DNA of 64,000 nucleotides from Berkelbacteria bacterium GW2011_GWE1_39_12 (GTDB taxonomy: Bacteria; Patescibacteriota; UBA1384; UBA12157), in contig CP011213.1 in the NCBI GenBank assembly GCA_001029735.1, positions 848,298-912,297 of the forward strand. Direction: 5' to 3'. A program made the translations under genes and the position numbers. Positions 1-9,064 of this stretch are shown here, piece after piece. How positions within the stretch are numbered: position 1 is the first letter of the stretch; each line of letters opens with the position of its first letter. The notes beneath the pieces are model-generated. The model ran no database searches and had not been told where the DNA came from. It saw only the letters and a program-made list of their open reading frames with translations.

Positions 1-105
1 TCTAATGGTTGGACTATTGTAACAGCTGACGGATCGCCTTCGGCGCACTTTGAGCATACGATCGCAATCACAAAAAATGGCGCACAGGTGTTGACGAAAA
101 TTTAA
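1..105 (+). CDS. map: methionine aminopeptidase type I, C-terminal fragment (5' end outside window)
   Basis: Translation ...[33 protein letters not shown] matches the conserved MAP C-terminus (DGWT..T.D...SAQ.EHT). Position immediately upstream of infA is as in the spc/alpha cluster. Confidence 0.75.
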   Translation, partial: SNGWTIVTADGSPSAHFEHTIAITKNGAQVLTKI

Positions 106-173
106 TTATGTGTTACTATTTATTTGTATTTATTACTTTTAAAACACAGATTTGAGTGAGTTGAGGTAGCCAG

Positions 174-386
174 TTGCATCAAGATAAATTAGTTTTTGAA
201 GGCCAAGTCACCGAGGCATTACCGAATGCTACTTTTAGAGTTGAGTTAGTAAACGGACAGGAAATTTGGGCTCATATTTCCGGCAAAATGAGAATGCATT
301 ATATTAAAATTTTAGCTGGAGATAAAGTTCAAGTTGAAATGTCACCCTATGATTTGACCAAGGGAAGAATTATTAGAAGAATGTAG
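174..386 (+). CDS. infA: translation initiation factor IF-1
   Basis: 70 aa protein ...[69 protein letters not shown] start with GAGGT 7 nt upstream. Confidence 0.9.
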   Translation: MHQDKLVFEGQVTEALPNATFRVELVNGQEIWAHISGKMRMHYIKILAGDKVQVEMSPYDLTKGRIIRRM

Positions 387-456
387 TAATAGCCTCGGAT
401 CATTTTTATCTATTTAACAATGACCCCGGCTTTATTTATATCATATAGAGGATTTA

Positions 457-570
457 ATGAAGGTTAGACCATCAGTTAAAAAAATTTGCCAGAAGTGTAA
501 AGTAATCCGAAGAAAAAATGTTATTCGGGTAATTTGTCAAAATCCAAAACACAAACAACGTCAAGGTTAA
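457..570 (+). CDS. rpmJ: 50S ribosomal protein L36
   Basis: 37 aa ORF below the track cutoff: [37 protein letters not shown]. Classic L36 zinc-ribbon sequence between infA and rpsM. Confidence 0.85.
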   Translation: MKVRPSVKKICQKCKVIRRKNVIRVICQNPKHKQRQG

Positions 571-585
571 TAACAGGAGTACCAT

Positions 586-972
586 ATGGCCCGTATTGCC
601 GGAGTAAACATCCCAGACAACAAACATGTAGAATATTCACTACCCTATATCAATGGGGTTGGTCTTTCGTTAGCTAAGAAAATCTGTGCTCAAGCAAACG
701 TGAAGTGCGGCACCAAAGTTTCCGATCTCACCACAACTGAAATTGACCGAATTCGCGAAGTTATCGATAAAAATTACAAGGTTGAAGGCGATTTGAAAAT
801 GGAAATCGCTCAAAATATTAAACGCTTAAAAGCAATCAGTTCATACCGCGGTTTAAGACACATGCGTAATTTGCCGGTTCACGGCCAACGCACTAAGACA
901 AATGCTCGCACAAAACGCGGCAAGAAAGTCACTGTTGGATCAGGCCGCAAGAAATCGGCTGAAAAGACATAA
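586..972 (+). CDS. rpsM: 30S ribosomal protein S13
   Basis: [10 protein letters not shown]...YRGLRH...; AGGAG RBS; conserved alpha-operon position. Confidence 0.95.
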   Translation: MARIAGVNIPDNKHVEYSLPYINGVGLSLAKKICAQANVKCGTKVSDLTTTEIDRIREVIDKNYKVEGDLKMEIAQNIKRLKAISSYRGLRHMRNLPVHGQRTKTNARTKRGKKVTVGSGRKKSAEKT

Positions 973-1029
973 AATTTCTGACGAAATAAAGCAAGCTTGA
1001 TTCTGAAGAATTAATCTTAAAGGAAAAAT

Positions 1030-1413
1030 ATGGCTAAAGTAGTTAAAAAGAAAAAAACAATTCAAGAAGCAGCGAAAGCTATCATTAGCGTTCATTCTTC
1101 TTTTAATAACACGATTATCACTATTGCCGATGAAAATGGTAATAACTTGGCTTGGTCTTCGGCAGGGTCAAACGGATTTAAGGGAACCAAGAAATCTACT
1201 CCTTATGCCGCTCAAATTACCATGAAAAAAGCTCTTGATAACGCGCTTGCTTATAACATCAAGGAAGCTAAGGTTCGTGTTGCCGGCGTTGGTGCAGGTC
1301 GCGAATCTGCAGTTAGAGCTATTGGCGGAACAGGAATTAAAGTTACTAATATCAAAGATATCACACCGGTGCCACATAATGGATGCCGACAAAAGAAAAC
1401 GAGGAGAGTCTAA
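1030..1413 (+). CDS. rpsK: 30S ribosomal protein S11
   Basis: S11 hallmarks (...IITIADENGNNLAWSSAGSNGFKGTKKSTPYAAQ...); stop overlaps the rpsD ATG. Confidence 0.95.
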   Translation: MAKVVKKKKTIQEAAKAIISVHSSFNNTIITIADENGNNLAWSSAGSNGFKGTKKSTPYAAQITMKKALDNALAYNIKEAKVRVAGVGAGRESAVRAIGGTGIKVTNIKDITPVPHNGCRQKKTRRV

Positions 1414-2018
1414 TGGCTGGAAATGCTTGTCGAGAATGTCGCAAATTTGGTGAAAAATTATTTGTAAAAGGCGAACGCTGTGTCGGCCCAGGTTGTGCTT
1501 TGACTCGAAGAGTCAATGCACCTGGTACTTCTGGCAGTGCAAAAGCAGGCCAGTCAAGACGCCGCAAGAAATCTGAATATGGTATTCAGCTTCAAGAAAA
1601 GCAAAAAGCTAAATTCACTTATGGTATGCGAGAACGACAATTCCGTGCAGTTTACGAAAAGGCTGTTCGGGTTGGTGGTGTTACTGGTGAAGTTATGTTG
1701 CAAAACTTGGAACGAAGACTTGATAATATTCTTTACCGAGCAGGACTTGCATCGTCAAGACCACAGGCCAGACAAATGGTTGGCCATGGTCATGTTAAAA
1801 TTAACGATAAATTAGCCGATATTCCTTCAATGTTAGTTAACATTAAAGATGTTATTACTTTAACCAAGCCGGAATTAGCAGATGACAAAAATAAAGTTGT
1901 CGCTCCTGCCTGGATGAAAGTTAATAAAATGCAGGTCGAAATTAAAGCTTTCCCAAGACGTGAGGAAATTGAAACTCCGGTCGACGAACAATTAATTGTT
2001 GAATATTATTCAAGATAA
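1413..2018 (+). CDS. rpsD: 30S ribosomal protein S4 (Cys4 zinc-finger type)
   Basis: MAGNACRECRKFGEKLFVKGERCVGPGC... plus S4 domain. The ATG at 1413 overlaps the rpsK stop; the longer ORF start at 1383 is rejected. Confidence 0.9.
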   Translation: MAGNACRECRKFGEKLFVKGERCVGPGCALTRRVNAPGTSGSAKAGQSRRRKKSEYGIQLQEKQKAKFTYGMRERQFRAVYEKAVRVGGVTGEVMLQNLERRLDNILYRAGLASSRPQARQMVGHGHVKINDKLADIPSMLVNIKDVITLTKPELADDKNKVVAPAWMKVNKMQVEIKAFPRREEIETPVDEQLIVEYYSR

Positions 2019-2043
2019 CAAAAATATTAATATGGAGGTCCTT

Positions 2044-2856
2044 ATGGACTACATTTTACCAGAAACAAATTTAGTACAAATCAAAACCATGGAAAAACTT
2101 GGCAATAACGGACTTTTCGTTATTGAACCTTTGAGCCCAGGTTATGGCGTAACATTAGGCAACTCACTTCGAAGAGTATTGCTTTCTTCATTGGAAGGCG
2201 CAGCCATTACTTCAGTTAAGATTGATGGCGCTACTCATGAATTTGCCACCTTGCCAGGTGTCAGAGAAGACGTAGTTGAGATCATTTTAAACTTAAAATC
2301 ACTTCGTTTCAGAATGCACACTGACGAACCTGTAACCATGAAACTTTCGGTTAAGGGTCCAAAGGAAGTTAAAGCTGGTGATTTTGACAAAAATTCATCT
2401 TGCGAAGTTGTCGACGGAGAAGCTTTTATTGCTTCAGTTGGCAAAACTGGCAAATTGAGCCTTGAAGTCGTAGTTGAACGCGGTCGTGGCTATGTTCCGG
2501 TTGAACGACGCCGTGATGAAAAAATGCCATTAGGCACCATCGCTGTTGACTCGGTTTTTACTCCAGTTAAGAAAATTCATTATGAAGTAGAAAATACCCG
2601 TGTCGGCGGAATGACCAACTTCGATAAATTAACTTTAGAAATTGCTACTGATGGTTCAATTGATCCTGAACAAGCTCTTGAAAAAGCTTCAGGTATCTTA
2701 GTAGAACATTTGTCTTTAATGCAAAAAGCGTTCACCAGTGAAGAACCGGTTTTAGCACTTAAAGTAAAAAAGGCTAAGAAAGAACCAAAAGAAGAAGTTG
2801 AAGCCCCAGTTGAAGAAAAGAAAACCGTTAAAAAACCTGCCAAGAAAACCAAGTAA
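2044..2856 (+). CDS. rpoA: DNA-directed RNA polymerase alpha subunit, NTD only with a K/E-rich tail and no recognisable alpha-CTD
   Basis: MDYILPE...LFVIEPLSPGYGVTLGNSLRRVLLSSLEGAAITSVKIDG... is the alpha NTD. GGAGG 6 nt upstream of ATG 2044. The C-terminal ~50 aa are low-complexity (KKAKKEPKEEVEAPVEEKKTVKKPAKKTK). Confidence 0.9.
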   Translation: MDYILPETNLVQIKTMEKLGNNGLFVIEPLSPGYGVTLGNSLRRVLLSSLEGAAITSVKIDGATHEFATLPGVREDVVEIILNLKSLRFRMHTDEPVTMKLSVKGPKEVKAGDFDKNSSCEVVDGEAFIASVGKTGKLSLEVVVERGRGYVPVERRRDEKMPLGTIAVDSVFTPVKKIHYEVENTRVGGMTNFDKLTLEIATDGSIDPEQALEKASGILVEHLSLMQKAFTSEEPVLALKVKKAKKEPKEEVEAPVEEKKTVKKPAKKTK

Positions 2857-2894
2857 TCAATTTTGATTTAAACGAGTTAAATTAAGGAACATAG

Positions 2895-3383
2895 ATGAGA
2901 GCATTATCAAGAAAAAAAGCCAGTAGAGAATCACTTTTACGGAATTTAGCCACTTCCTTGGTTTTATATGAGCGAATTGAAACCACTGAAGCCAAGGCAA
3001 AAGAAGTAAAACCAGTTGTTGAACATCTTATCGCTCTTGCAAAGAAAAACGATTTAGCCGCCCGCAGACGACTTTTGGGATACTTTTTCGACAAAAATGC
3101 GACCAAGAAAGTATTGGAAGTATTAGTACCAAGATTCGCCAATCTGCAGAGTGGTTTTATTAAATCATACCGCAAAGGAGTTAGATTAGGCGACGGCGCT
3201 ATGATTATGATTTTGGAATTACGAAAAAGTGAAATTAAAGAAGAAATTAAAGAATTAAATACAGAAGGTAAAGATGGAACAGAAAAACATGCAAAAGCCA
3301 CAAAGCCAGCCGACAAAGAAGTCGGAGCTAAAGGCAACGCAGCAAACAATTCAAAACGAACCAAAGCCAACACAGCCAAATAA
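2895..3383 (+). CDS. rplQ: 50S ribosomal protein L17 with low-complexity C-terminal extension
   Basis: MRALSRKKASRESLLRNLATSLVLYERIETTEAKAKE... L17 core. The 3' ~110 nt overlap the rplM ORF in another frame. Confidence 0.85.
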   Translation: MRALSRKKASRESLLRNLATSLVLYERIETTEAKAKEVKPVVEHLIALAKKNDLAARRRLLGYFFDKNATKKVLEVLVPRFANLQSGFIKSYRKGVRLGDGAMIMILELRKSEIKEEIKELNTEGKDGTEKHAKATKPADKEVGAKGNAANNSKRTKANTAK

Positions 3384-3732
3384 AAAAATTGAGACCAAAG
3401 AATTTGACGCAGCTGGTCAAGTCGTTGGAAGATTAGCAACCGAAATTGCCGATACTCTTCGTGGTAAGAAGAAACCATCTTTCAGACCATATTTATCAAT
3501 GGGTGATAAGGTTGTTGTTAACAACGCTTCAAAAATTGTCTTAACCGGCAATAAAGTTGAGCAAAAAGTTTATCATCACCATACTGGTTATCTAGGCCAT
3601 CTTAAAACAGTTACAGCCAAAGAATTGATGGTTAAGAACCCTGGTGAAATCCTAAAGAAAGCCGTTTACGGAATGTTGCCAAAGAACAAGCTTCGTGATG
3701 GCTGGATGAAGAACTTAACGATCAATAATTAA
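3274..3732 (+). CDS. rplM: 50S ribosomal protein L13 (N-terminal Q/P/K-rich extension; start uncertain 3274 or 3289)
   Basis: Core ...AGQVVGRLATEIADTLRGKKKPSFRPY...LTGNKVEQKVYHHHTGYLGHLK... is L13. There is no canonical start between the rplQ stop (3383) and the conserved core, so an in-frame upstream ATG is required. Confidence 0.8.
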   Translation: MEQKNMQKPQSQPTKKSELKATQQTIQNEPKPTQPNKKIETKEFDAAGQVVGRLATEIADTLRGKKKPSFRPYLSMGDKVVVNNASKIVLTGNKVEQKVYHHHTGYLGHLKTVTAKELMVKNPGEILKKAVYGMLPKNKLRDGWMKNLTINN

Positions 3733-3756
3733 CCCTTCACAGGATAAAGGAAATAT

Positions 3757-4170
3757 ATGCCAAAAGAGATTACAGAAATAAAAGAAACAATCGTCAAATC
3801 CAAAAACTACTGGTATGCTTTGGGACGCAGAAAAACTGCTATTGCCAAGGTAAAGTTAGTCAAAGGAACTGGCAAAGTAACTGTTAACGACAAAGAATTG
3901 GCCCAACCAAGCCGAGTTTATCTCGAACCGTTAAAGGTTACCGGCAAAGATAAAGAATTAGACATTTTTGCTAAGGTTTACGGTGGTGGCACAGTGGCTC
4001 AATTAGATGCAATCCGTTTAGGAATTGCTCGAGCCTTAGATAAATTCGATGGCGAACTCCATAAAACGTTAAAAGTTGAAGGTTTCCTTACTCGTGACGG
4101 AAGAATGAAAGAACGAAAGAAACCAGGTCTCAAAGGCGCTCGTAAGGCTCCACAATGGGCAAAACGTTAA
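3757..4170 (+). CDS. rpsI: 30S ribosomal protein S9
   Basis: ...YWYALGRRKTAIAKVKLVKGTG...GGGTVAQLDAIRLGIARAL...KAPQWAKR C-terminus typical of S9. Confidence 0.95.
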   Translation: MPKEITEIKETIVKSKNYWYALGRRKTAIAKVKLVKGTGKVTVNDKELAQPSRVYLEPLKVTGKDKELDIFAKVYGGGTVAQLDAIRLGIARALDKFDGELHKTLKVEGFLTRDGRMKERKKPGLKGARKAPQWAKR

Positions 4171-4194
4171 TATTTGTATCGTAGATACACAAAA

Positions 4195-4227
4195 GGGCAC
4201 AGCAATGTGTCTTTTTGTTTTTTTAGT
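4195..4227 (+). terminator. putative intrinsic terminator after rpsI
   Basis: GGGCACA-gcaa-TGTGTCT hairpin (with G-U pairs) followed by a T-rich run. Confidence 0.5.
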
Positions 4228-4272
4228 GAATTTTCCTTTGCAAATTAACCATATATTTGATAAAATATAAAC

Positions 4273-4614
4273 ATGAGCACAAGAAGAGTTGAAAAAGTAT
4301 CTGCCCTTTTAAAAAGAGAGCTTTCAGAGCTAATTAGGAATGATCTTTCAGAACAATTTGGCTTGATTACTATAATGGATATTGATATAACTCCAGATTT
4401 TAAAGATGCGAAGGTTTACATCTCAATTTTTAATACTGAAGAAGAAGATAAAATTTTAAAAACACTCGAAGGAAAAACTCGCGCTTATCAAAAGGTATTA
4501 GGGGATAAGCTAAGAATGAAATTTACTCCTCACCTAACCTTTAAAACAGACAATTACCAAGAAAAAGTTGATCGCGTTGACGAATTATTAAAGGAAATTG
4601 ACCATGGGTCTTAG
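4273..4614 (+). CDS. rbfA: ribosome-binding factor A
   Basis: 113 aa, ...RVEKVSALLKRELSELI...KVYISIF... pattern of RbfA. A TTGCAA-17-TAAAAT promoter-like hexamer pair lies upstream (4238-4266). Confidence 0.75.
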   Translation: MSTRRVEKVSALLKRELSELIRNDLSEQFGLITIMDIDITPDFKDAKVYISIFNTEEEDKILKTLEGKTRAYQKVLGDKLRMKFTPHLTFKTDNYQEKVDRVDELLKEIDHGS

Positions 4615-4975
4615 ATTATACTTATTTAGTCTTTACTCAGTCGCGATTTTATCGTTGGGACTTTGGATTTTATTGATTATTAACGTTAATCCATTTTCCG
4701 CACCTTCTTGGATAATAGTTTTAGTATATACTCTTCTTTTTTGTTTTTTTACTGGGCTATTTGCTATCATTGGTTTTTATTTAAAAGTTTGGTTATCAAA
4801 CCGGGAAGTCATATTTTCCCATTTAATGCCAACGCTTCGACAAAGCGCTTTGATTGCTTTTTCGGTGGTTGGCTTAATCTTCCTGATACAGGTTAAATCA
4901 CTTAATTGGTGGATTGCGTGTTTATTTATAATTGCAGTAATAATGTTAGAATTATTTTTTAGGAGTAAAAAATGA
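4598..4975 (+). CDS. hypothetical polytopic membrane protein (3-4 TM helices)
   Basis: Strongly hydrophobic 125 aa ORF. Its stop overlaps the pheS ATG (ATGA). Confidence 0.5.
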   Translation: MTMGLRLYLFSLYSVAILSLGLWILLIINVNPFSAPSWIIVLVYTLLFCFFTGLFAIIGFYLKVWLSNREVIFSHLMPTLRQSALIAFSVVGLIFLIQVKSLNWWIACLFIIAVIMLELFFRSKK

Positions 4976-5658
4976 AGGGACACTTACACCCACTAACTCA
5001 AATGCTTAGAGTATCATTGAAATATTTTGAAGACAGAGGATTTACAATCGCCGAAGGGCCGGAGATTGAAACAGAATGGTTTAATTTTGATGCTTTAAAC
5101 GTATCTGCGGATCATCCATCCCGAGATGTTCAGGATACATTTTGGTTAAATGACGGGCGTCTACTTAGGACTCATACAACCCCGGTAGATGTAAGAGCTA
5201 TTAAAGAAAGCAACCTGAAACCGCCTTTAAAACTAGTCATTCCTGGGCGATGCTTTAGAAATGAGGCGACCGATAATACCCACCTATACAATTTCTATCA
5301 AATCGATGGAATTGCGATAGGTAAAGATTTAAATTTGAGCGATTTAATCGGTCTTTTAGAAGGCTACGTAAAGGAATTATTCGGCGATACAGTTAAGACG
5401 CGTGTCAGACCTGGTCATTTCTCTTTCGTTGAGCCTGGATTAGAACTTGATATCCAAATGCCGGATGGGTCATGGCGAGAAATGCTGGGCGCTGGCATGG
5501 GCCACCCTAATGTACTAAAAAACATGGATTTAGATCCAAACGAATGGCAAGCTATTATGTGGGGTATGGGTATAGATCGGTATATGATGCAGCAATTTGG
5601 TTTAGACGATATTAGAACCGCATATAATGGTGATTTAAGACTCTTAAAGCAATTTTAA
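4972..5658 (+). CDS. pheS: phenylalanine--tRNA ligase alpha subunit, catalytic core only (lacks N-terminal coiled-coil domain)
   Basis: 228 aa: ...FDALNVSADHPSRDVQDTFWLNDGRLLRTHTTPV...GRCFRNEA... class II motifs. It starts directly at the catalytic domain. Confidence 0.9.
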   Translation: MKGHLHPLTQMLRVSLKYFEDRGFTIAEGPEIETEWFNFDALNVSADHPSRDVQDTFWLNDGRLLRTHTTPVDVRAIKESNLKPPLKLVIPGRCFRNEATDNTHLYNFYQIDGIAIGKDLNLSDLIGLLEGYVKELFGDTVKTRVRPGHFSFVEPGLELDIQMPDGSWREMLGAGMGHPNVLKNMDLDPNEWQAIMWGMGIDRYMMQQFGLDDIRTAYNGDLRLLKQF

Positions 5659-5670
5659 GGATAAAAAATC

Positions 5671-7566
5671 ATGAAAATACTACTCTCTTGGTTAAAAGAT
5701 TATGTACAATTTGATAAATCTGCTGATGAACTTGCCGAAGATCTAAGCATGTTTGCTCATGAAGTCGAATCAATTAAAAAATATGGCGACGATTTTGTCT
5801 TAGATTTAGAAATCACACCAAACCGTGGTGATTGTCTTTCTCATTTAGGCATCGCTCGACAAATTTCTGCCATGTATGATAAAAGCTTGAATATCCCAGA
5901 AATTGAGATTGACGACGTAGAATTATCAAAAAACATTAAAGTCGTTATTGAAAAACAGAGTATTTGTCCTCGATTTACTGCAAGAATTATCGACAATGTC
6001 TCTATTAAAGAATCGCCAAAATGGCTTCAGGAAAGAATTACTGCTTATGGTTTTAGACCGATTAACAATATTGTCGACATAACAAATTACGCGATGATCG
6101 ATGCCGGTCAACCGCTCCACGCCTTTGATTACGACAAGATTAAGTACGGCTTAATGAGAATCCGGCTTTCAAAAGATGGTGAAAAAGTTACAACATTGGA
6201 TGGTAAAGAAAGATTCTTACCAAGCGAAGCCATCATTATTGAAGACGAAGAGAAAATTTTTGACCTAGCTGGCATTATGGGTGGCCAAGCATCTGAAGTC
6301 ACAAACGACACTAAAACAATCGTATTAGTTGGCTCTGTTTTTGATCCAATTTTAATTAGAAGAGCTTCAAAAAAACTTCATCATCAAACTGATGCATCTT
6401 ATCGTTACGAGCGAGGGGTAGATTTCGAAGGTTCCGTGTATGGCGTTAATTTAGCGGCAAATTTGATTAAGGAAACCGCACCCGATGCCGCAGTTGGTAA
6501 ATTAATTGACAAAAAACAAGTCGAATCAGATAAACAAACGGTTGATTTTACTTACGATCAAATTAACCGCTTGATTGGCACAAACCTAGACAAAGCTGCA
6601 ATCGATTCGTATTTAACTAGATTACATTTTAAAGTCGAAAGTGATACTGTGTACGTTCCATCATTTAGATGGTACGATGTAAAAATTTGGCAAGATTTAG
6701 CCGAAGAGGTAGCAAGAGTATTTGGTTATAATAGTATTTCTAGAAATACTCCTGCGCTGGCTACTAATATTACACAAAACAAAGAATGGATGAAAAGAGA
6801 ATCGGCTAAAGATTACTTAAAAGAAAAAGGCTTTACCGAAGTTTATGCAACATCTTTTTCAAACAAGGATAAAATTGTTTTACTAGGTTATAACTTAGAG
6901 AATTGTGTAAGAATCATTAACCCAATTGCACCGGAAACTGAGTTTTTAAGACCGAGCCTTTCTGTGTCGCTGCTTTCTGCAGCCGCTAAAAATCCTTGGT
7001 CGCCTGATTTGAATATTTTTGAAGTTGCTAAAGTGTTTGATATAAAAAAAGAATATTGGCAAATTGGTATTCTTTCGGCTGGGAAAAATACCAAAACTTT
7101 GCAAGAAATAATCAATGGCTTAAACGTAAAAGCTCAAGTCGCACAAGTTGACCAAAACATCCTTGATGCGTTTAAAATTCGAAGACCAATCAATATGGTA
7201 ATTTTCAATTCAGACGAACTTCCTGAAAATAATCAAGAAATTAATTATGAAGTCTCACAAAATAAATTACGAGATATTTCAAAATTTGCACCGACAATCA
7301 GAGATATTTCTATTATAGTTAACGCTGACATTGAGTCAAATGAGATAGAAAAAGCGATTACAGCGGCATCTAGCGCCGTGCTTTTCGCAGAAAAGTTTGA
7401 TGAATTTGTTTCAGACAAATTTGGTTTAAATAAAAAAAGTTTAGCATTTCATATTTGGCTTCAGAACAAAACAGATGTCGTATCTGAATCTGAGGCAAAT
7501 AATGAGATAGATTGTATTGTAAAATCGTTACAAGCTTCATTCAAAGCTGAACAAAGAACTCAATAA
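5671..7566 (+). CDS. pheT: phenylalanine--tRNA ligase beta subunit (short form)
   Basis: 631 aa with B1 and B3/4 domains (...LDLEITPNRGDCLSHLGIARQ...). It follows pheS. Confidence 0.9.
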   Translation: MKILLSWLKDYVQFDKSADELAEDLSMFAHEVESIKKYGDDFVLDLEITPNRGDCLSHLGIARQISAMYDKSLNIPEIEIDDVELSKNIKVVIEKQSICPRFTARIIDNVSIKESPKWLQERITAYGFRPINNIVDITNYAMIDAGQPLHAFDYDKIKYGLMRIRLSKDGEKVTTLDGKERFLPSEAIIIEDEEKIFDLAGIMGGQASEVTNDTKTIVLVGSVFDPILIRRASKKLHHQTDASYRYERGVDFEGSVYGVNLAANLIKETAPDAAVGKLIDKKQVESDKQTVDFTYDQINRLIGTNLDKAAIDSYLTRLHFKVESDTVYVPSFRWYDVKIWQDLAEEVARVFGYNSISRNTPALATNITQNKEWMKRESAKDYLKEKGFTEVYATSFSNKDKIVLLGYNLENCVRIINPIAPETEFLRPSLSVSLLSAAAKNPWSPDLNIFEVAKVFDIKKEYWQIGILSAGKNTKTLQEIINGLNVKAQVAQVDQNILDAFKIRRPINMVIFNSDELPENNQEINYEVSQNKLRDISKFAPTIRDISIIVNADIESNEIEKAITAASSAVLFAEKFDEFVSDKFGLNKKSLAFHIWLQNKTDVVSESEANNEIDCIVKSLQASFKAEQRTQ

Positions 7567-7654
7567 ATATTTCTACTACTTGACGGCCGTTTGCATAGTG
7601 TGCTAAATTATAGTGTACTGATTTAGCAAGTTAAATTGAAATGCAGGAGAAAAA

Positions 7655-8365
7655 ATGTCATTATCAACTATGCAAGAAATTTTAGTTTTGCTCGAAGACG
7701 AAAAGCAAGTCCCTATGTACCGTCTGAATCGATGGGGAAGACCGGCTCGTGGGGCTTTAGCCAAGATGAAAAGTTTAGGCTATGTAACAAAAATTAAAGA
7801 CGGCGATGAGGACTTTTATAAAATCACTGAAAAAGGTGAAGCTTTTTTTGATAAATCTTTAGCACCTTTGAAAGACAATGCCAAATGGGATATGAAATGG
7901 CGCCTTGTTATGTTTGATATTCCTGAAACTGAACGAGGAAATCGTGATAAATTACGAAGAGCATTGACTGATATTGGCCTTGGCATTCTTCAAGCCAGCG
8001 TCTGGATTTCATCTATTGATATAAAAACCGATATCGATAAAATTACTAAGAACTTAAACTTGGGTAGTTCGATTAAATTTTTTGAGGTTACTTCAACTCC
8101 GTCATTAAATAGACAAATAATTAACAAAGCATGGAATTTGCCAGAAATTAATCTCTCGTTAGAACGTTTTATTAAAGAATCAGAGAGGGCACTCAAAGGG
8201 ATGGGAAAGGGTAACGGAGATCGCTATAACGCAAAGAAACTAATTTTTGAGTATGCTACTATACTAAAAAAAGACCCAAAGCTGCCTCTGGAATTTGTAG
8301 AACAAGATGAACTCAGAAAAAGTGCGAGAGAAACTTATCTTAAACTAAGAAAGCGTATTGTTTAA
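7655..8365 (+). CDS. PaaX-like family regulator (winged-helix N-domain + PaaX_C-like domain)
   Basis: Motif ...WDMKWRLVMFDIPETERGNRDKLRRALTDIGLGILQASVWIS... resembles the PaaX family. Assignment by pattern only. Confidence 0.55.
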   Translation: MSLSTMQEILVLLEDEKQVPMYRLNRWGRPARGALAKMKSLGYVTKIKDGDEDFYKITEKGEAFFDKSLAPLKDNAKWDMKWRLVMFDIPETERGNRDKLRRALTDIGLGILQASVWISSIDIKTDIDKITKNLNLGSSIKFFEVTSTPSLNRQIINKAWNLPEINLSLERFIKESERALKGMGKGNGDRYNAKKLIFEYATILKKDPKLPLEFVEQDELRKSARETYLKLRKRIV

Positions 8366-9064
8366 GGCCTTTTTAGAAATTTCTGCCCAACTCTCCAAGG
8401 CGGCTGCAGCAGCTGATGCTTCGGCGGCTTGCTTTGACGAACCGGTGCCTTCGCTGATCTTCTGATCATCTACAAAGCAACCAACGACAAAAACTTTGTT
8501 ATGATCTGGCCCTGTTTCTTCTAGAACTTTGTAATTTGGAGTTTTGCCTAACTCAGCCTGAGAGAGTTCTTGCAGATGACTCTTCGGATCCATATAAAGC
8601 TTTTCATCAATTACATTTTTGAGTCTTTTTAATAAAATATTTGCAATAAATTTTTTAACAACGTCATAACCTTGATCAAGATAGATTGCGCCGATTAACG
8701 CTTCAAAAGCATTTGCTAAAATAATCTGTCTGGCTTTGCCCTCTGATTTTGCTTCACCTTTAGAAAGTAAAAGATAACAGTTTAATTCAAGTTCTGAGGC
8801 TAGGTCAGAAAGCATTTTCCCTTTGACCAAGGCAGAGCGAATATTGGTCAGTTCGCCTTCTGGATTAGGCAGTTTACGATATAAATCTTCAGTTACCACT
8901 AATTCCAAAACAGCATCTCCAAGAAATTCTAATCTTTCATTATGATCTAATTTAAAACCGGGATTTTCATTCAAATAAGAACGATGAACAAAAACTTGCG
9001 TTAACAAGTCTTTGTCATTAAAGTTTATATCAATTTTTTTTTCTAATTCTGGTAAATTATTCAT
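8345..9064 (-). CDS. rnc: ribonuclease III
   Basis: ...HRSYLNE...ERLEFLGDAVLELVV... RNase III signature plus C-terminal dsRBD. The start is taken at the internal Met (MNNLPELEKK) because the longer ORF (to 9169) runs into nusB. Confidence 0.9.
   Translation of the reverse strand: MNNLPELEKKIDINFNDKDLLTQVFVHRSYLNENPGFKLDHNERLEFLGDAVLELVVTEDLYRKLPNPEGELTNIRSALVKGKMLSDLASELELNCYLLLSKGEAKSEGKARQIILANAFEALIGAIYLDQGYDVVKKFIANILLKRLKNVIDEKLYMDPKSHLQELSQAELGKTPNYKVLEETGPDHNKVFVVGCFVDDQKISEGTGSSKQAAEASAAAAALESWAEISKKALNNTLS

Noticed and set aside
1383-1412. Upstream start for rpsD at 1383
   Set aside because: It lies inside rpsK. The conserved S4 N-terminus (MAGNAC...) begins at ATG 1413, which overlaps the rpsK stop.
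1168-2852. Several antisense ORFs (e.g. 1168-1392, 1361-1567, 2235-2453, 2580-2852 on the minus strand) inside ribosomal-protein and rpoA genes
   Set aside because: They are fully embedded opposite highly conserved genes and have no start context. They are shadow ORFs typical of AT-rich coding DNA. The same applies to the other short antisense ORFs in the track inside leuS, the gpmI genes, acd, clpC and others.
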